From positions 192,001 through 256,000 of the forward strand of contig CAVSHO010000001.1 of assembly GCA_963727825.1 (NCBI GenBank): DNA of 64,000 nucleotides, read 5' to 3'. This document shows, one piece after another, positions 33,049-43,049 of the stretch. The stretch's first letter is position 1, and every line of letters begins with the position of its first letter. The position numbers and the translations under genes were made by a program. The notes beneath the pieces were generated by a model. It made no database searches. It was not told where the DNA came from and saw nothing but the letters and a program-made list of their open reading frames with translations. The DNA is from Ignavibacteriota bacterium (GTDB lineage: Bacteria; Bacteroidota; Ignavibacteria; UBA10030).

Positions 33049-33137
33049 AATAATCTCCTTTTCATATTTGCGGTTCTAATATGGCAAGAGAAGTGGTACA
33101 AACGCAATCAAGAGAGTCTAAAAAGAGATGATCGAAG

Positions 33138-33155
33138 TATAAAAGGATTATAAAA
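33138..33155 (-). promoter_or_regulatory. Putative KdpE-binding site
   Basis: TTTTATA-atcc-TTTTATA direct repeat with 11-bp period upstream of the kdp operon, resembling the E. coli TTTATA-n5-TTTACA box. Confidence 0.6.
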
Positions 33156-33179
33156 ATTTTATTGAGGAAGTACATAATG

Positions 33180-33210
33180 AAAACAGGATACTAGTATCGT
33201 ATCCTGTTTT
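33180..33210. terminator. Hairpin, probable terminator insulating the kdp promoter
   Basis: aaaacaggatac/gtatcctgtttt 12-bp inverted repeat. Confidence 0.6.
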
Positions 33211-33374
33211 GGATATGAAGCATGAAGGTTGATGAATCTAAATTAAAATGTGAACAATAGCACTGTTAGTCTCTCAATTCCTTTTTATTATTGAGCTCAA
33301 TATAAAGAAGCTGGGAAAGAAAGCAATCAAGGAGAGATAAAAAGAGGTGCAAAAATGATTAAGAAAATATAAAA

Positions 33375-34187
33375 CTATCCGCAGTAACCTGTTGCTCTAT
33401 TGTATATCATTGTTGGCTGCCAATTTAGGCCTTTCCCTAATATCATTCGAGGGGCAGTACGATATTCCTGAAATCCTTCTGATATCAAGTATTCTCGTGC
33501 AAGTGTATTAGCTGATGGAACGATTGCGGTCGTTATTCCACGATTTAATTGCAGCTTCATTAATTCTATGCCAGCATCTGCATTACGTGCCATAATTAAT
33601 CCTCTACCAAAATCAGGCAGATAAAATCCCGTGATACCAGTGGATGTGTCAGTTGTATAAACCAAGCCTGTTGAAAAAAATCTCTCGATGAATTGAAATC
33701 GACATTCCCCTGTAACTTCTCTATCTAATTCTTTGACTAATAAAAAATCTTCCTGCCGCATTTCTCGCACATTTGATATGTGTCGAGTTTGTGCAATCGA
33801 GTCCCTTTTATAAAACACGTACGTCGAATTTATTTCAAAGCCGAGCTTTCTATAGACAGGTTCTCCCATCTCACTTGCAATCAATAAATGGCTGACGCAT
33901 CCTTTACTTCGGTTGTAATCTATGAAATGATTTGTGATTCTTTGTCCTATCCCTTGTCTTCTATATTCTGGCAACACTATTATAGTACCAAGCCAGCCAA
34001 TAGCGCCATGAATCATATCGATCCCACAACCAACAATCCTACCGTCGACTTCTGCCACCGCTGGATAAAAATAAGAATGACCGAAATGAAAGTAGAACAA
34101 TTTTGGTAGATCCAAATTCCAATCTTCGGGAGGAAAATTTTGTAATTGGTGTATTTCTGATTCCAATATTTGTCTGATCCTCAGCAT
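33375..34187 (-). CDS. GNAT family N-acetyltransferase
   Basis: 'IGWLGTIIVLPEYRRQGIG', 'G.PVYRKLGF'; second degenerate GNAT domain. Confidence 0.85.
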   Translation of the reverse strand: MLRIRQILESEIHQLQNFPPEDWNLDLPKLFYFHFGHSYFYPAVAEVDGRIVGCGIDMIHGAIGWLGTIIVLPEYRRQGIGQRITNHFIDYNRSKGCVSHLLIASEMGEPVYRKLGFEINSTYVFYKRDSIAQTRHISNVREMRQEDFLLVKELDREVTGECRFQFIERFFSTGLVYTTDTSTGITGFYLPDFGRGLIMARNADAGIELMKLQLNRGITTAIVPSANTLAREYLISEGFQEYRTAPRMILGKGLNWQPTMIYNRATGYCG

Positions 34188-34239
34188 AAATCTTTCCTAT
34201 AAAACATTTTTAAACAGTGCTTTCTTTTATAAATAGCGG

Positions 34240-34296
34240 AATAATTCCCTCTCCTTGCAAGAGAGGGTCAGGGTGAAGTCAAATAAAAGAAATGAC
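34240..34296 (+). repeat. REP-like palindromic repeat (uninterrupted copy)
   Basis: ttccctctcc...gagagggtcagggtga; 50/57 nt match to the minus-strand copy at 47510-47615 once its insert is removed. Confidence 0.8.
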
Positions 34297-34378
34297 ATAT
34301 TAAAAAGCCGAAAATATTGCATTATAAAAAATATACTGACCAGAACCAATTTATTTCAGAATTCAACACACACGGGAA

Positions 34379-36043
34379 TTATTGAGATGGAGGTAATGCG
34401 GGCTCTGCAAAAATTGTCTTTTCCCGCTCCACCATCACAGTTCCCGCCGGTACGCCTTTGGGTTTTCTTATGTACTTTCCTTCGCACATTGTCACAGGTA
34501 CAAGTTTTGATTTCTTCATCTTACTATAATATGCTGCGATCCCTGCTGCCTGCTCGATTGCCTGTTTGCTCACTTCACCCTTGCCTGTTCTAATTTTCAA
34601 AACAACATGCGAGCCACCAACGCCGCGCGCATGAAACCAAAGATCGCTCTTTGCTGTATGGCGTGTTGAAAGGAGATCGTTGTTCTCGCTGCTCTTTCCT
34701 GCCCACACTTGAAAGCCGCCGGCAACTGTAAAGACTCGGAATGGCAGCAGTTCTTCTTTTTTCATCTGTCCTGATTTCTCTGCTTTCAATCCGAATTGCG
34801 AAAGCACCTTCTGGTTTTCCTCCGTAAAATGTTTTAAATCTTCGGATGTAGATATGTCTTCCATGCGATCTAAAAGCAGAGAGATGGATTTCTGCCGCCG
34901 CGTCAATTCCACAATACGATGCCTCTGTTCTTCTATCGCATGTCGGGATTTTTCAGCTTTTTCGAAGTAACGCTCGGCGTTTTTTGCCGGCGTTAAGTGC
35001 TGGTCAAGCGGAATTTCTACAAGCGCATTGGAGCCGCTGACAAAATCTTCTACCATCGCCGCTGTTTCGCCTTTTTTAAGAAGATATAATTGCGAGATTA
35101 AAAGTTTGCCGAATAATTCGTACTGCTCTGCACGATTTGGCTTTTCTGCTTCTGCTGCAATTTTGTAAAGTGTATGCTGTGTGTGTTCACGATCGCGTTC
35201 CAATACCCGGATAATATTCTCTTTTTCTTGGAAAACGCTTTTTTCATGGTACAAATTGGCGCGATATGTTTGAATTGCTTCCGATACGGAATTATAATCT
35301 TGAAACGTGAAATCACTTAAGTGACGTAATGGAATAATAGAAAACCTCATTGGCGATGTTCCGTCAAAGTATACGCGCGGTGATGGTGGAGCAAGAAGTT
35401 CTGCTTTCATTCTTTTTGCAGAGTCAAGCAGTCGAGCGATATCATTTTCCGCAAGAGCATTAACCATTTGCTCACCGTCCAGACCGATGCGTGCCAACAG
35501 TTCTCTTATTAGTACCGGACCAAATTGCGGAAGCATACGCTTGAGTGCTATTGCCAGTGGTTGAACGGTATACAAAGAAATAAAAATATCTGGTGCTATT
35601 GTACTAGACTCAAAATGAATAGAATCAATTCCCGTGACCTTAGCATCAGATTTCTTCAAGAACATTTCGGTGATTGTTCCACTCGTATCAAGCAATAAAA
35701 CATTCGCTTTCGATCCGAACAATTGTGCTATAAGTTCGCGCTTATCTTTTAAACGAATATGCATTTGTCGATCAGCCGGATGCATGAAAACTTTATCGAT
35801 TACAGTACCCTGTATGTCAGTAAAAAGATTTGCAGAGTTCCGCCGTGCACGGGCAAAAGTTCTGCGTGCATAGATAAAATTATTCGCAGGTTCACATCCG
35901 ACAATGATAACAGCCGGTGTCTCTTCAAATGAAATCACCAATTCACACCGATGTTGGGTAAAAATCTCGTTCACCGTTTGCCCGGCAAACTCGTGCTCTA
36001 ACTCTGTTGCAATGTGAACTAATGTATAATAATTTGTAACCAT
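34379..36043 (-). CDS. NFACT family (RqcH/FbpA-like) protein
   Basis: NFACT-N (DR, FG.KANVLL), 'NAERYFEK', NFACT-R 'GK....ND.L, WFHA....GSHV, AA.IAAYYSK'. Confidence 0.9.
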   Translation of the reverse strand: MVTNYYTLVHIATELEHEFAGQTVNEIFTQHRCELVISFEETPAVIIVGCEPANNFIYARRTFARARRNSANLFTDIQGTVIDKVFMHPADRQMHIRLKDKRELIAQLFGSKANVLLLDTSGTITEMFLKKSDAKVTGIDSIHFESSTIAPDIFISLYTVQPLAIALKRMLPQFGPVLIRELLARIGLDGEQMVNALAENDIARLLDSAKRMKAELLAPPSPRVYFDGTSPMRFSIIPLRHLSDFTFQDYNSVSEAIQTYRANLYHEKSVFQEKENIIRVLERDREHTQHTLYKIAAEAEKPNRAEQYELFGKLLISQLYLLKKGETAAMVEDFVSGSNALVEIPLDQHLTPAKNAERYFEKAEKSRHAIEEQRHRIVELTRRQKSISLLLDRMEDISTSEDLKHFTEENQKVLSQFGLKAEKSGQMKKEELLPFRVFTVAGGFQVWAGKSSENNDLLSTRHTAKSDLWFHARGVGGSHVVLKIRTGKGEVSKQAIEQAAGIAAYYSKMKKSKLVPVTMCEGKYIRKPKGVPAGTVMVEREKTIFAEPALPPSQ

Positions 36044-36056
36044 TGCTATTTGTCCG

Positions 36057-36153
36057 TTATCCACAAATCTTAACTAAAGTCCGTAAAAATGAAAGGAATT
36101 GCAATCCCGATGTGGATAACTCGTGGATAGTGAAGTGCAAATGATGTGCAAAA
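36057..36153. promoter_or_regulatory. Cluster of DnaA boxes
   Basis: TTATCCACA 36057-36065; TGTGGATAA 36111-36119; cGTGGATAg 36122; aGTGCAAAt 36134; TGTGCAAAA 36145-36153. Confidence 0.65.
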
Positions 36154-36160
36154 GTAAGTC

Positions 36161-36189
36161 TTGCCGTATCCTCGAATTTTCCGTATATT
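36161..36189 (+). promoter_or_regulatory. Putative sigma70 promoter of the yicC-gmk-rpoZ operon
   Basis: TTGCCG-17 nt-TATATT. Confidence 0.55.
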
Positions 36190-36221
36190 TTGTTGCATTA
36201 GTCTAATTAAAGGAGTCTATA

Positions 36222-37103
36222 GTGGCAGCAAGTATGACCGGCTTTGGCCGCGCAGAAGTCAACAAAGACGGCATTACCGTCAGGACGGAAGTTCGCAGTG
36301 TGAACAGTCGCTATCTCGATTTAACACTGCGCTTGCCGCGAAACTTTTCTCAGCGAGAAAAAGAGCTGAAAGATATTGTCCGCACGTTTTTAAATCGGGG
36401 CAATTTGAATATTACTGTAAAAGTTGAACATGATTCAAACGATGTTGTTCCATTAAAAGTGAATAAAGCGGCGGCAAAATCGTACTACAAACTTCTGAAT
36501 GAAATCCGCAAGTCCGTAAAATTGCGCGAACAAGTAAAACTCGAACACTTATTAACGTTTTCTGATGTGCTCGAACCTGTGGATGAAGAAGAAACCGATG
36601 AAACCGAATGGGAACTAGTACAAGAATCAGTCCGCCAGGCGCTTGAGAGTCTTAACGCAATGCGTGCTCAGGAAGGAAGCGAATTAGCTGCCGATCTCGA
36701 AAAAAGAATTCGCTGGATGGATGAGACTTTGAATGAATTAGAAAAACTTTCTAAAGAACGAATTCCCGAAGAGCGTAAAAATTTACAAGAACGCATTGCG
36801 GAATTAGTAGAAGACAAATTTGTTATCGATCAAAACCGGTTAGAACTAGAAATAGCACTACTGGTGGATAAATTGGACATTACGGAAGAATGTGTCCGTT
36901 ACCGCAGTCATATTAAATATTTTCTGGAAGCACTTAACAAGAATGAAGCCGCAGGCCGAAAGTTAAACTTCCTTGTTCAGGAAATGAACCGTGAGGCAAA
37001 CACTATAGGCTCCAAATCTAGCGATGCCACAATAGCACATCTAATTGTTGGATTGAAGGAAGAATTAGAAAAAATTCGGGAACAGTTGCAGAACATAGAG
37101 TGA
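36222..37103 (+). CDS. YicC/YloC family endoribonuclease
   Basis: SMTGFGR, SVNSRYLD, GRKLNFLVQEMNREANTIGSK, EKIREQLQNIE. Confidence 0.95.
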   Translation: MAASMTGFGRAEVNKDGITVRTEVRSVNSRYLDLTLRLPRNFSQREKELKDIVRTFLNRGNLNITVKVEHDSNDVVPLKVNKAAAKSYYKLLNEIRKSVKLREQVKLEHLLTFSDVLEPVDEEETDETEWELVQESVRQALESLNAMRAQEGSELAADLEKRIRWMDETLNELEKLSKERIPEERKNLQERIAELVEDKFVIDQNRLELEIALLVDKLDITEECVRYRSHIKYFLEALNKNEAAGRKLNFLVQEMNREANTIGSKSSDATIAHLIVGLKEELEKIREQLQNIE

Positions 37104-37672
37104 TGAGCGGAAAACTAATTATGATTGCCGCTCCAAGTGGTTGCGGTAAAACGACAATCGCAAAAGCGATTTTGGCAAACCATCCCGATATATTGTTCTC
37201 AGTTTCGGCAACAACGCGCCCGAAACGTGACAGCGAAGTGGAAGGAAGAGATCATTTTTTCCTCACCAAAAATAAATTTGAAGAATATCTCCGCAATGGT
37301 AATTTGGCAGAATGGGAAGAAATTTACGGCAATTATTATGGAACATTAAAGAGTGAGATCAATCGGGCGATTCAGAATGGCCGCATAATGTTGTTTGATA
37401 TAGATGTGAAAGGCGCATTGTCGATTCGGAAACATTTTCCGAATAATTCCATTCTTATCTTCATCAAGCCGCCAAGTTTTGAGGTATTGAAAAGCAGATT
37501 GGAAAGTCGCAATACAGAGAACCCGGAAACACTTAAATGCCGGTTGGAGCGTGTACCGCTGGAAATGGAACAAGGGCAGCAATTTGATTATCAAGTCGTG
37601 AACGATGATTTGCAAAAAGCCGTCAACGAGGTTGATAAAATAGTTCAAGCGAACATCAAGAATATTATTTAA
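37103..37672 (+). CDS. gmk: Guanylate kinase
   Basis: APSGCGKTT, SVSATTRP.R, YYGT, DIDVKGA. Confidence 0.96.
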   Translation: MSGKLIMIAAPSGCGKTTIAKAILANHPDILFSVSATTRPKRDSEVEGRDHFFLTKNKFEEYLRNGNLAEWEEIYGNYYGTLKSEINRAIQNGRIMLFDIDVKGALSIRKHFPNNSILIFIKPPSFEVLKSRLESRNTENPETLKCRLERVPLEMEQGQQFDYQVVNDDLQKAVNEVDKIVQANIKNII

Positions 37673-37701
37673 TCACATTCATAGTCAATGGAGGTAGAAC
37701 A

Positions 37702-38058
37702 GTGTCAGTCAAACCAGTAGCAATGCATGAATTTCTACAACAAACCGGTAACGTTTACGAAGCTATAATTGTGGCTTCTAAACGCGCGCGGCAAATTCAT
37801 GATGATATGAAAATAGAATTAACGCAGCAGCTCGAAACGCTGAAAGCATTGAATGCAACACCGGAACCGGAAGATGATATGGAAGTCGCAATTGTCAACC
37901 CGGATCAGCTCAAAATCAGTTTAGAATTTGAAAAAAGGCCTAAACCGACAGAAATTGCGATCAACGAAGTGCGAGAAAAGAAAATCCCATATCATTATAA
38001 GGAGCACACCGACTTTTTCGCTAAAGAAACTTCTAAAGATACTTCGACAGAAGAATAA
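37702..38058 (+). CDS. rpoZ: RNA polymerase omega subunit
   Basis: 'GNVYEAIIVASKRARQI', 'FEKRPKPT..A'; gmk-rpoZ-coaBC synteny. Confidence 0.9.
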   Translation: MSVKPVAMHEFLQQTGNVYEAIIVASKRARQIHDDMKIELTQQLETLKALNATPEPEDDMEVAIVNPDQLKISLEFEKRPKPTEIAINEVREKKIPYHYKEHTDFFAKETSKDTSTEE

Positions 38059-38069
38059 CGAGAAACGTA

Positions 38070-39278
38070 ATGCGCGGCAAGCATGTCTTGATTGGTGTCA
38101 CAGGTGCGATTGCGGCATACAAAGTTGGCTATCTCATTCGTGAACTGATAAAGTCCGGTGCAGATGTTAAAGTAATGATGACAGAAGCGGGAATGCGCTT
38201 CGTTACACCTCTCACGTTCTCGGTACTTTCAAAAAATCCGGTCTTCACAGATCTGTGGTCAAGCAACCAATCATCGGATTCCGAAATTAGCACGCAACAC
38301 ATTGATCTTGCCAACTGGGCAGATGTTCTTGTTATCGCACCGGCTTCTGCGAACACAATCGCTAAACTGACTTACGGCATTTCTGATAATCTGCTGACCG
38401 TTGTCTCTCTTGCAACCGCTCGATCAATTATTCTTGCACCAACAATGGATGCAGAGATGTATCTTAATGCCGTCACGCAGAAAAATCTAACAATCTTAAG
38501 AGAACGCGGCTATCTCATCATCCCGCCGGCAGAAGGTGAGCTTGCCAGCGGCTTGAGCGGACCGGGGCGTTTGCCTGAAATCAAAATTATTGTTGAGACG
38601 ATTGAAAAAGTTCTTGATCATTCAAAACAGGATTTGAGGAATAAACGAATCCTTGTCACTGCCGGACCTACATTTGAAGCAATAGATCCCGTTCGTTTTG
38701 TAGGGAATCGTTCTTCCGGAAAAATGGGATTTGCAATTGCGAATGCCGCAGCGCAGCGCGGCGCAGTTGTAACACTTATCTCCGGACCAGTAGTTCGTGA
38801 AACACCGCGCAATGTCAAACGCATCGATGTCGAATCGGCGCAGGAAATGTTGACCGCTGTTCTTGCACATATTAAAAAAACAGATGCTGTGATTATGTCG
38901 GCGGCAGTCGCGGATTTCACACCTATCCAACAAGCAAAGCATAAGATAAAAAAACAGCTCGACAGTGAAACACTGGAGTTAAAGTTGAAAGCAACACCGG
39001 ATATTCTTGCAACGCTCGGGAAAAAGAAGCGGAAAATGGTGCTTGTCGGATTTGCATTAGAGACAAAAGACGAACTTACCGATGCGAAAAATAAACTTCG
39101 GAAAAAAAATCTTGACTTCATTGTGCTTAATTCTTTTAATGAACGTAATCGCGTGTTTGGCTCCGACGTTAACACAGTTACACTGATCGATAATCTTGGT
39201 AATGTTGAAAGACTTCCCAAACTGTCGAAGTTTGATGTAGCGAACAAGATTCTCGATAAAATTATAACGCTAAATTAA
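38070..39278 (+). CDS. coaBC: Phosphopantothenoylcysteine decarboxylase/ligase
   Basis: GAIAAYK, APASAN, TAGPT.EAIDPVRF..NRSSGKMG, VGFALET. Confidence 0.97.
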   Translation: MRGKHVLIGVTGAIAAYKVGYLIRELIKSGADVKVMMTEAGMRFVTPLTFSVLSKNPVFTDLWSSNQSSDSEISTQHIDLANWADVLVIAPASANTIAKLTYGISDNLLTVVSLATARSIILAPTMDAEMYLNAVTQKNLTILRERGYLIIPPAEGELASGLSGPGRLPEIKIIVETIEKVLDHSKQDLRNKRILVTAGPTFEAIDPVRFVGNRSSGKMGFAIANAAAQRGAVVTLISGPVVRETPRNVKRIDVESAQEMLTAVLAHIKKTDAVIMSAAVADFTPIQQAKHKIKKQLDSETLELKLKATPDILATLGKKKRKMVLVGFALETKDELTDAKNKLRKKNLDFIVLNSFNERNRVFGSDVNTVTLIDNLGNVERLPKLSKFDVANKILDKIITLN

Positions 39279-39322
39279 GTAATCTCCAGGGCATTAATTG
39301 TTCCTTAGGTGAATCATTTCGC

Positions 39323-40150
39323 ATGTCTCTCAACGAAGAACTCAAAAACATTCTTACCGATACTGAACGATTCCTGAAACAGCAGCAGGAGTTGTACGGC
39401 GACACTATTTTTGTACAAAAAAACGAGCCATTTCCTGCCGACTTAACACAGAAACCTGCATCGATAAATATTGCGCCCGCTGCTCCCGAGGTCGATCTCT
39501 TTGGAAACGCTGTTCAACCGATTACAAATAATCATAAAATTGGAGAGTCAATTTTGCCGGCATATCCTAAAGAATCATGGACAGAAACAAAGAATCTTGT
39601 AGAATTAAATAATGCAATCAACACTTGTATGAAATGCAGTCTTGGAAAAACAAGAACCAAATTTGTATTTGGCGTTGGAAATTCGAAGGCAGATGTAGTA
39701 GTTGTCGGCGAAGCACCGGGGGCTGATGAAGATGAAAAGGGCGAACCATTCGTTGGGCGCGCAGGACAATTGCTAAATAAGATTCTTGAAGCAGTTCAAT
39801 TTAGGCGAGAAGAAGTTTTTATTTGTAACATTTTAAAATGCCGTCCACCGAATAATCGTGACCCGCAAACGGAAGAAATTGATTGCTGCGAACCGTATCT
39901 CTGGAAGCAATTAGAAATTATCAAGCCAAAAATAATTCTCTGTGCCGGGCGCATTGCCGGTCAATCGCTGTTGAAGACGAATTCTTCGTTAACGCTTCTA
40001 CGCGGCAAGGTGCATGATTATCGAGGCATTCCGCTAATGGTAACGTATCATCCGGCGGCATTGCTTCGTAATCCTCATTGGAAGAGACCATGCTGGGAAG
40101 ACATGCAGCAGTTTCGGAAATTGTACGACGAGATGAAAAGTGGAAAATAG
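39323..40150 (+). CDS. Family-4 uracil-DNA glycosylase
   Basis: [38 protein letters not shown]. Confidence 0.95.
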   Translation: MSLNEELKNILTDTERFLKQQQELYGDTIFVQKNEPFPADLTQKPASINIAPAAPEVDLFGNAVQPITNNHKIGESILPAYPKESWTETKNLVELNNAINTCMKCSLGKTRTKFVFGVGNSKADVVVVGEAPGADEDEKGEPFVGRAGQLLNKILEAVQFRREEVFICNILKCRPPNNRDPQTEEIDCCEPYLWKQLEIIKPKIILCAGRIAGQSLLKTNSSLTLLRGKVHDYRGIPLMVTYHPAALLRNPHWKRPCWEDMQQFRKLYDEMKSGK

Positions 40151-40154
40151 AATA

Positions 40155-40268
40155 CAAATCACAAAGGACAAGCTTCAAACAAATTCCAATATTCAATATC
40201 CAACATCAAGAATTTATAAGTTGTTTTTTGAAATTTGTTTGTGATTTGAATAATTGTGGTTTGGAATT
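40155..40268. repeat. Heptamer-periodic imperfect inverted-repeat element
   Basis: caaatcacaaa (40155-40165) / tttgtgatttg (40238-40248); CAA-phased 7-mers on the left, TTG-phased on the right. Confidence 0.55.
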
Positions 40269-40282
40269 TATTCTTAAATGAC

Positions 40283-41443
40283 ATGGATAAGAAAAAAGAA
40301 TATATCGCCAATTTGAAAAAAGCATGGCGCGACGAAATGCTAAGCGCAACGAATTATCGCGCACTTGCCGAACAGGAAAAGAATCCGGAAAGAAAATCTA
40401 TTTTCATCCGTATGGCAGAAGCAGAAGATCGCCATGCCGCGCGATGGACGGCGCGGTTGAAGGAATTAGGAATTGAGATGGGTTCATTCAGGGAAAACCC
40501 AATTGAGTTGTTACGGAGAAGGATGCTGCTTAAAAGTTCTCCTGAAGCAGCCGCTCAAATGCTTGAAGTTGGCGAGAACGACGCCGATAAATTATATGAG
40601 GTGATGATTAATGCTGCAGAGAGCGACGCAGAACGTGAATTATTGCTCGATGTCCAGCGGGAAGAGAATGCTCACAGTCTGATGTTGCAAGAGATGTCAA
40701 GTTCACGCGTCATGCAGCATCCGCAAAGCCGGTTGGAGCGCATTCTTGGAAGAGAAAAATGGCATGTCACTGCCGGCGGCTGGATTGGTCAGGCAATTTA
40801 CGGAGTAAACGATGGGCTCGGCGCGGCATTCGGTGTCGTAAGCGGGGTGGCAGGTGCAACAGCAGCAAACAGTGAATTTATATTATTGAGCGGACTTGCA
40901 GTAGCAGTTGCATCCGCGTTATCGATGGGTAGCGGTGCGTACCTCGCCACGAAATCCGAACGCGAAGTGTACGAATCAGAAGTTGAAAAGGAAAAGCGCG
41001 AGATTGAAGAACATCCGGAAGAAGAACAGGAAGAGATGGATTTGTTCTATCAGCTCAAAGGATTCTCGCCGGAAGATTCCAAGAAAATGGCGGCAAAACT
41101 TGCCGAGCAACCGGAACAATTCCTAAAAACTCTGGCACATGAAGAATTGGGACTTTCAGAAAAGTCGTTTCCGAACCAATGGAAATCGGCATTCAGTGCA
41201 ATGATCAGTACAGCACTTGGCGCCATCATCCCAGTTCTTCCTTTCATTTTTTGGTCTGGAATGGAAGCGCTCATTATTTCGTTTATCATTAGTACGGCAG
41301 CACACTTTGCAGTCGGTGCATCGAAGGTGCTTGTTACCGGACGCTCGTGGCTCAAGAGCGGCACCGAGATGACACTTGTTGGACTGGGTGAAGCAATCAC
41401 GACGTATCTTATCGGTATGCTTATTGCACCAATGATTAGATAA
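40283..41443 (+). CDS. Rubrerythrin-like + VIT1/CCC1 iron transporter fusion
   Basis: 'AEAEDRHA', 'REENAH' ExxH motifs; VIT1 'IYGVNDGL', 'ALSMGSGAYLA.KSE'. Confidence 0.9.
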   Translation: MDKKKEYIANLKKAWRDEMLSATNYRALAEQEKNPERKSIFIRMAEAEDRHAARWTARLKELGIEMGSFRENPIELLRRRMLLKSSPEAAAQMLEVGENDADKLYEVMINAAESDAERELLLDVQREENAHSLMLQEMSSSRVMQHPQSRLERILGREKWHVTAGGWIGQAIYGVNDGLGAAFGVVSGVAGATAANSEFILLSGLAVAVASALSMGSGAYLATKSEREVYESEVEKEKREIEEHPEEEQEEMDLFYQLKGFSPEDSKKMAAKLAEQPEQFLKTLAHEELGLSEKSFPNQWKSAFSAMISTALGAIIPVLPFIFWSGMEALIISFIISTAAHFAVGASKVLVTGRSWLKSGTEMTLVGLGEAITTYLIGMLIAPMIR

Positions 41444-41497
41444 AAGTATTTTAGCTACGAATTTCAACTCGCGGAATTTGTAAGGAGAATAAGTTGT

Positions 41498-42928
41498 ATG
41501 TCAGATCCAAGAAATATAATCGACTTCAACACACCGCAGTCGGTTTCGACAGAAGGGCGTGTGCCGCCGCAAGCAGTGGATGTAGAAGAAGCTGTCATCG
41601 GAGCGATGCTGTTGGAAAAAGACGCTATCGCCAAAGCGATTGAAATCCTGGATGACACCGCCTTTTATAAACCTGCGCATCAAAGCATTTATCGTGCAAT
41701 GATGGCGTTGTTTGAACGAAGCGAGCCGGTCGATCTCATTACGCTTACAGAGGAACTCCGCCGGCGCGGCGATCTTGAAAAAATCGGCGGCGAATATTAT
41801 CTCACCGAGCTCACAACAAAGGTTTCAAGCGCTGCAAACATAGAATATCATGCGCACATAGTATTAGAACGAGCGCTAATGCGGCAATTGATTCATTCGT
41901 CATCAGAAGTCATCAATCGTGCATACAGCGAAACCGAAGATGCACTCGGCTTGCTTGATCAAGCTGAACAGAAAATTTTCGATATCTCCGAACAGCGGAT
42001 GAAGAAAAGTTTTGTCTCGATGAATACAGCCGTGCATAAAACTATGGATATGCTGCAAAGTATTCACGGCAAGCACAGCGGTGTTACCGGAGTGCCGTCG
42101 GGATTTGCCGATCTTGATGCACTCACGGGCGGATTCCAGCCATCGGATCTCATTATTATCGCAGGCCGTCCGTCACAAGGGAAAACAGCGCTCGCGCTTT
42201 CAGTTGCGCGCAATGCAACAGTGCTGCATGATATTCCTATCGGCATGTTCAGTCTTGAAATGTCCATACAGCAATTAGTGATGCGATTGATGTGCGCAGA
42301 AGCGCGCGTGGATGCGCACAAGGTTCGCACTGGCCGCTTGCCGGAAGATGAATGGAAAAAGTTAAGCACAAGCGTCGGCCGCCTCTACAAAGCAAAGATG
42401 TTTATCGATGACACACCCGGACTTGCTGTGTTAGAATTGAGAGCGAAAGCACGCCGGCTTAAAGTAGAACACGATATCGGCCTCATAATAGTAGACTATC
42501 TTCAATTGATGCAGGGACCAAGAAATGCTCAGAGTCGTGAGCAAGAGATCTCCGCTATCTCCCGATCGCTCAAAGCGCTCGCGAAAGAATTAAATATTCC
42601 GGTAATTGCATTGTCGCAATTAAATCGTTCTGTTGAATCGCGCAACGATAAACGACCTGCATTATCCGACTTACGAGAGTCCGGTGCCATCGAACAGGAC
42701 GCCGACGTTGTTGTTTTTGTTCATCGTCCCGAAATGTTTGGTATAACAGAACAAGATAATGAACCGACAGAAGGCCTTGCAGAAATCATCATCGGCAAAC
42801 AGCGTAATGGTCCTACAGATACCGTAAAACTGCAGTTCATCAAGAATTACGCGAGGTTCGAAAGCCGAACTGTCTTTCGTCCTGAAACGTACTTGCCGGA
42901 AGAGACGCCGGACGCAACGCCGTTCTAA
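41498..42928 (+). CDS. dnaB: Replicative DNA helicase
   Basis: AGRPSQGKT, FSLEM, IVDYLQLM, LSQLNR, DLRESGAIEQDAD, KQRNGP; no intein. Confidence 0.98.
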   Translation: MSDPRNIIDFNTPQSVSTEGRVPPQAVDVEEAVIGAMLLEKDAIAKAIEILDDTAFYKPAHQSIYRAMMALFERSEPVDLITLTEELRRRGDLEKIGGEYYLTELTTKVSSAANIEYHAHIVLERALMRQLIHSSSEVINRAYSETEDALGLLDQAEQKIFDISEQRMKKSFVSMNTAVHKTMDMLQSIHGKHSGVTGVPSGFADLDALTGGFQPSDLIIIAGRPSQGKTALALSVARNATVLHDIPIGMFSLEMSIQQLVMRLMCAEARVDAHKVRTGRLPEDEWKKLSTSVGRLYKAKMFIDDTPGLAVLELRAKARRLKVEHDIGLIIVDYLQLMQGPRNAQSREQEISAISRSLKALAKELNIPVIALSQLNRSVESRNDKRPALSDLRESGAIEQDADVVVFVHRPEMFGITEQDNEPTEGLAEIIIGKQRNGPTDTVKLQFIKNYARFESRTVFRPETYLPEETPDATPF

Positions 42929-43049
42929 ATTCCAAATGCTAATTGTAGGATGCCGCTTGAACAATAAATTTGAAAATACAAAGTTAGATTTTAAAGGAAG
43001 AATACTAATCTTCTAATTGTTCATTAATCATTAGTCACTGTTCATTCTT

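Noticed and set aside
41498-42928. Intein in DnaB
   Set aside because: Normal length (476 aa) with continuous helicase motifs.
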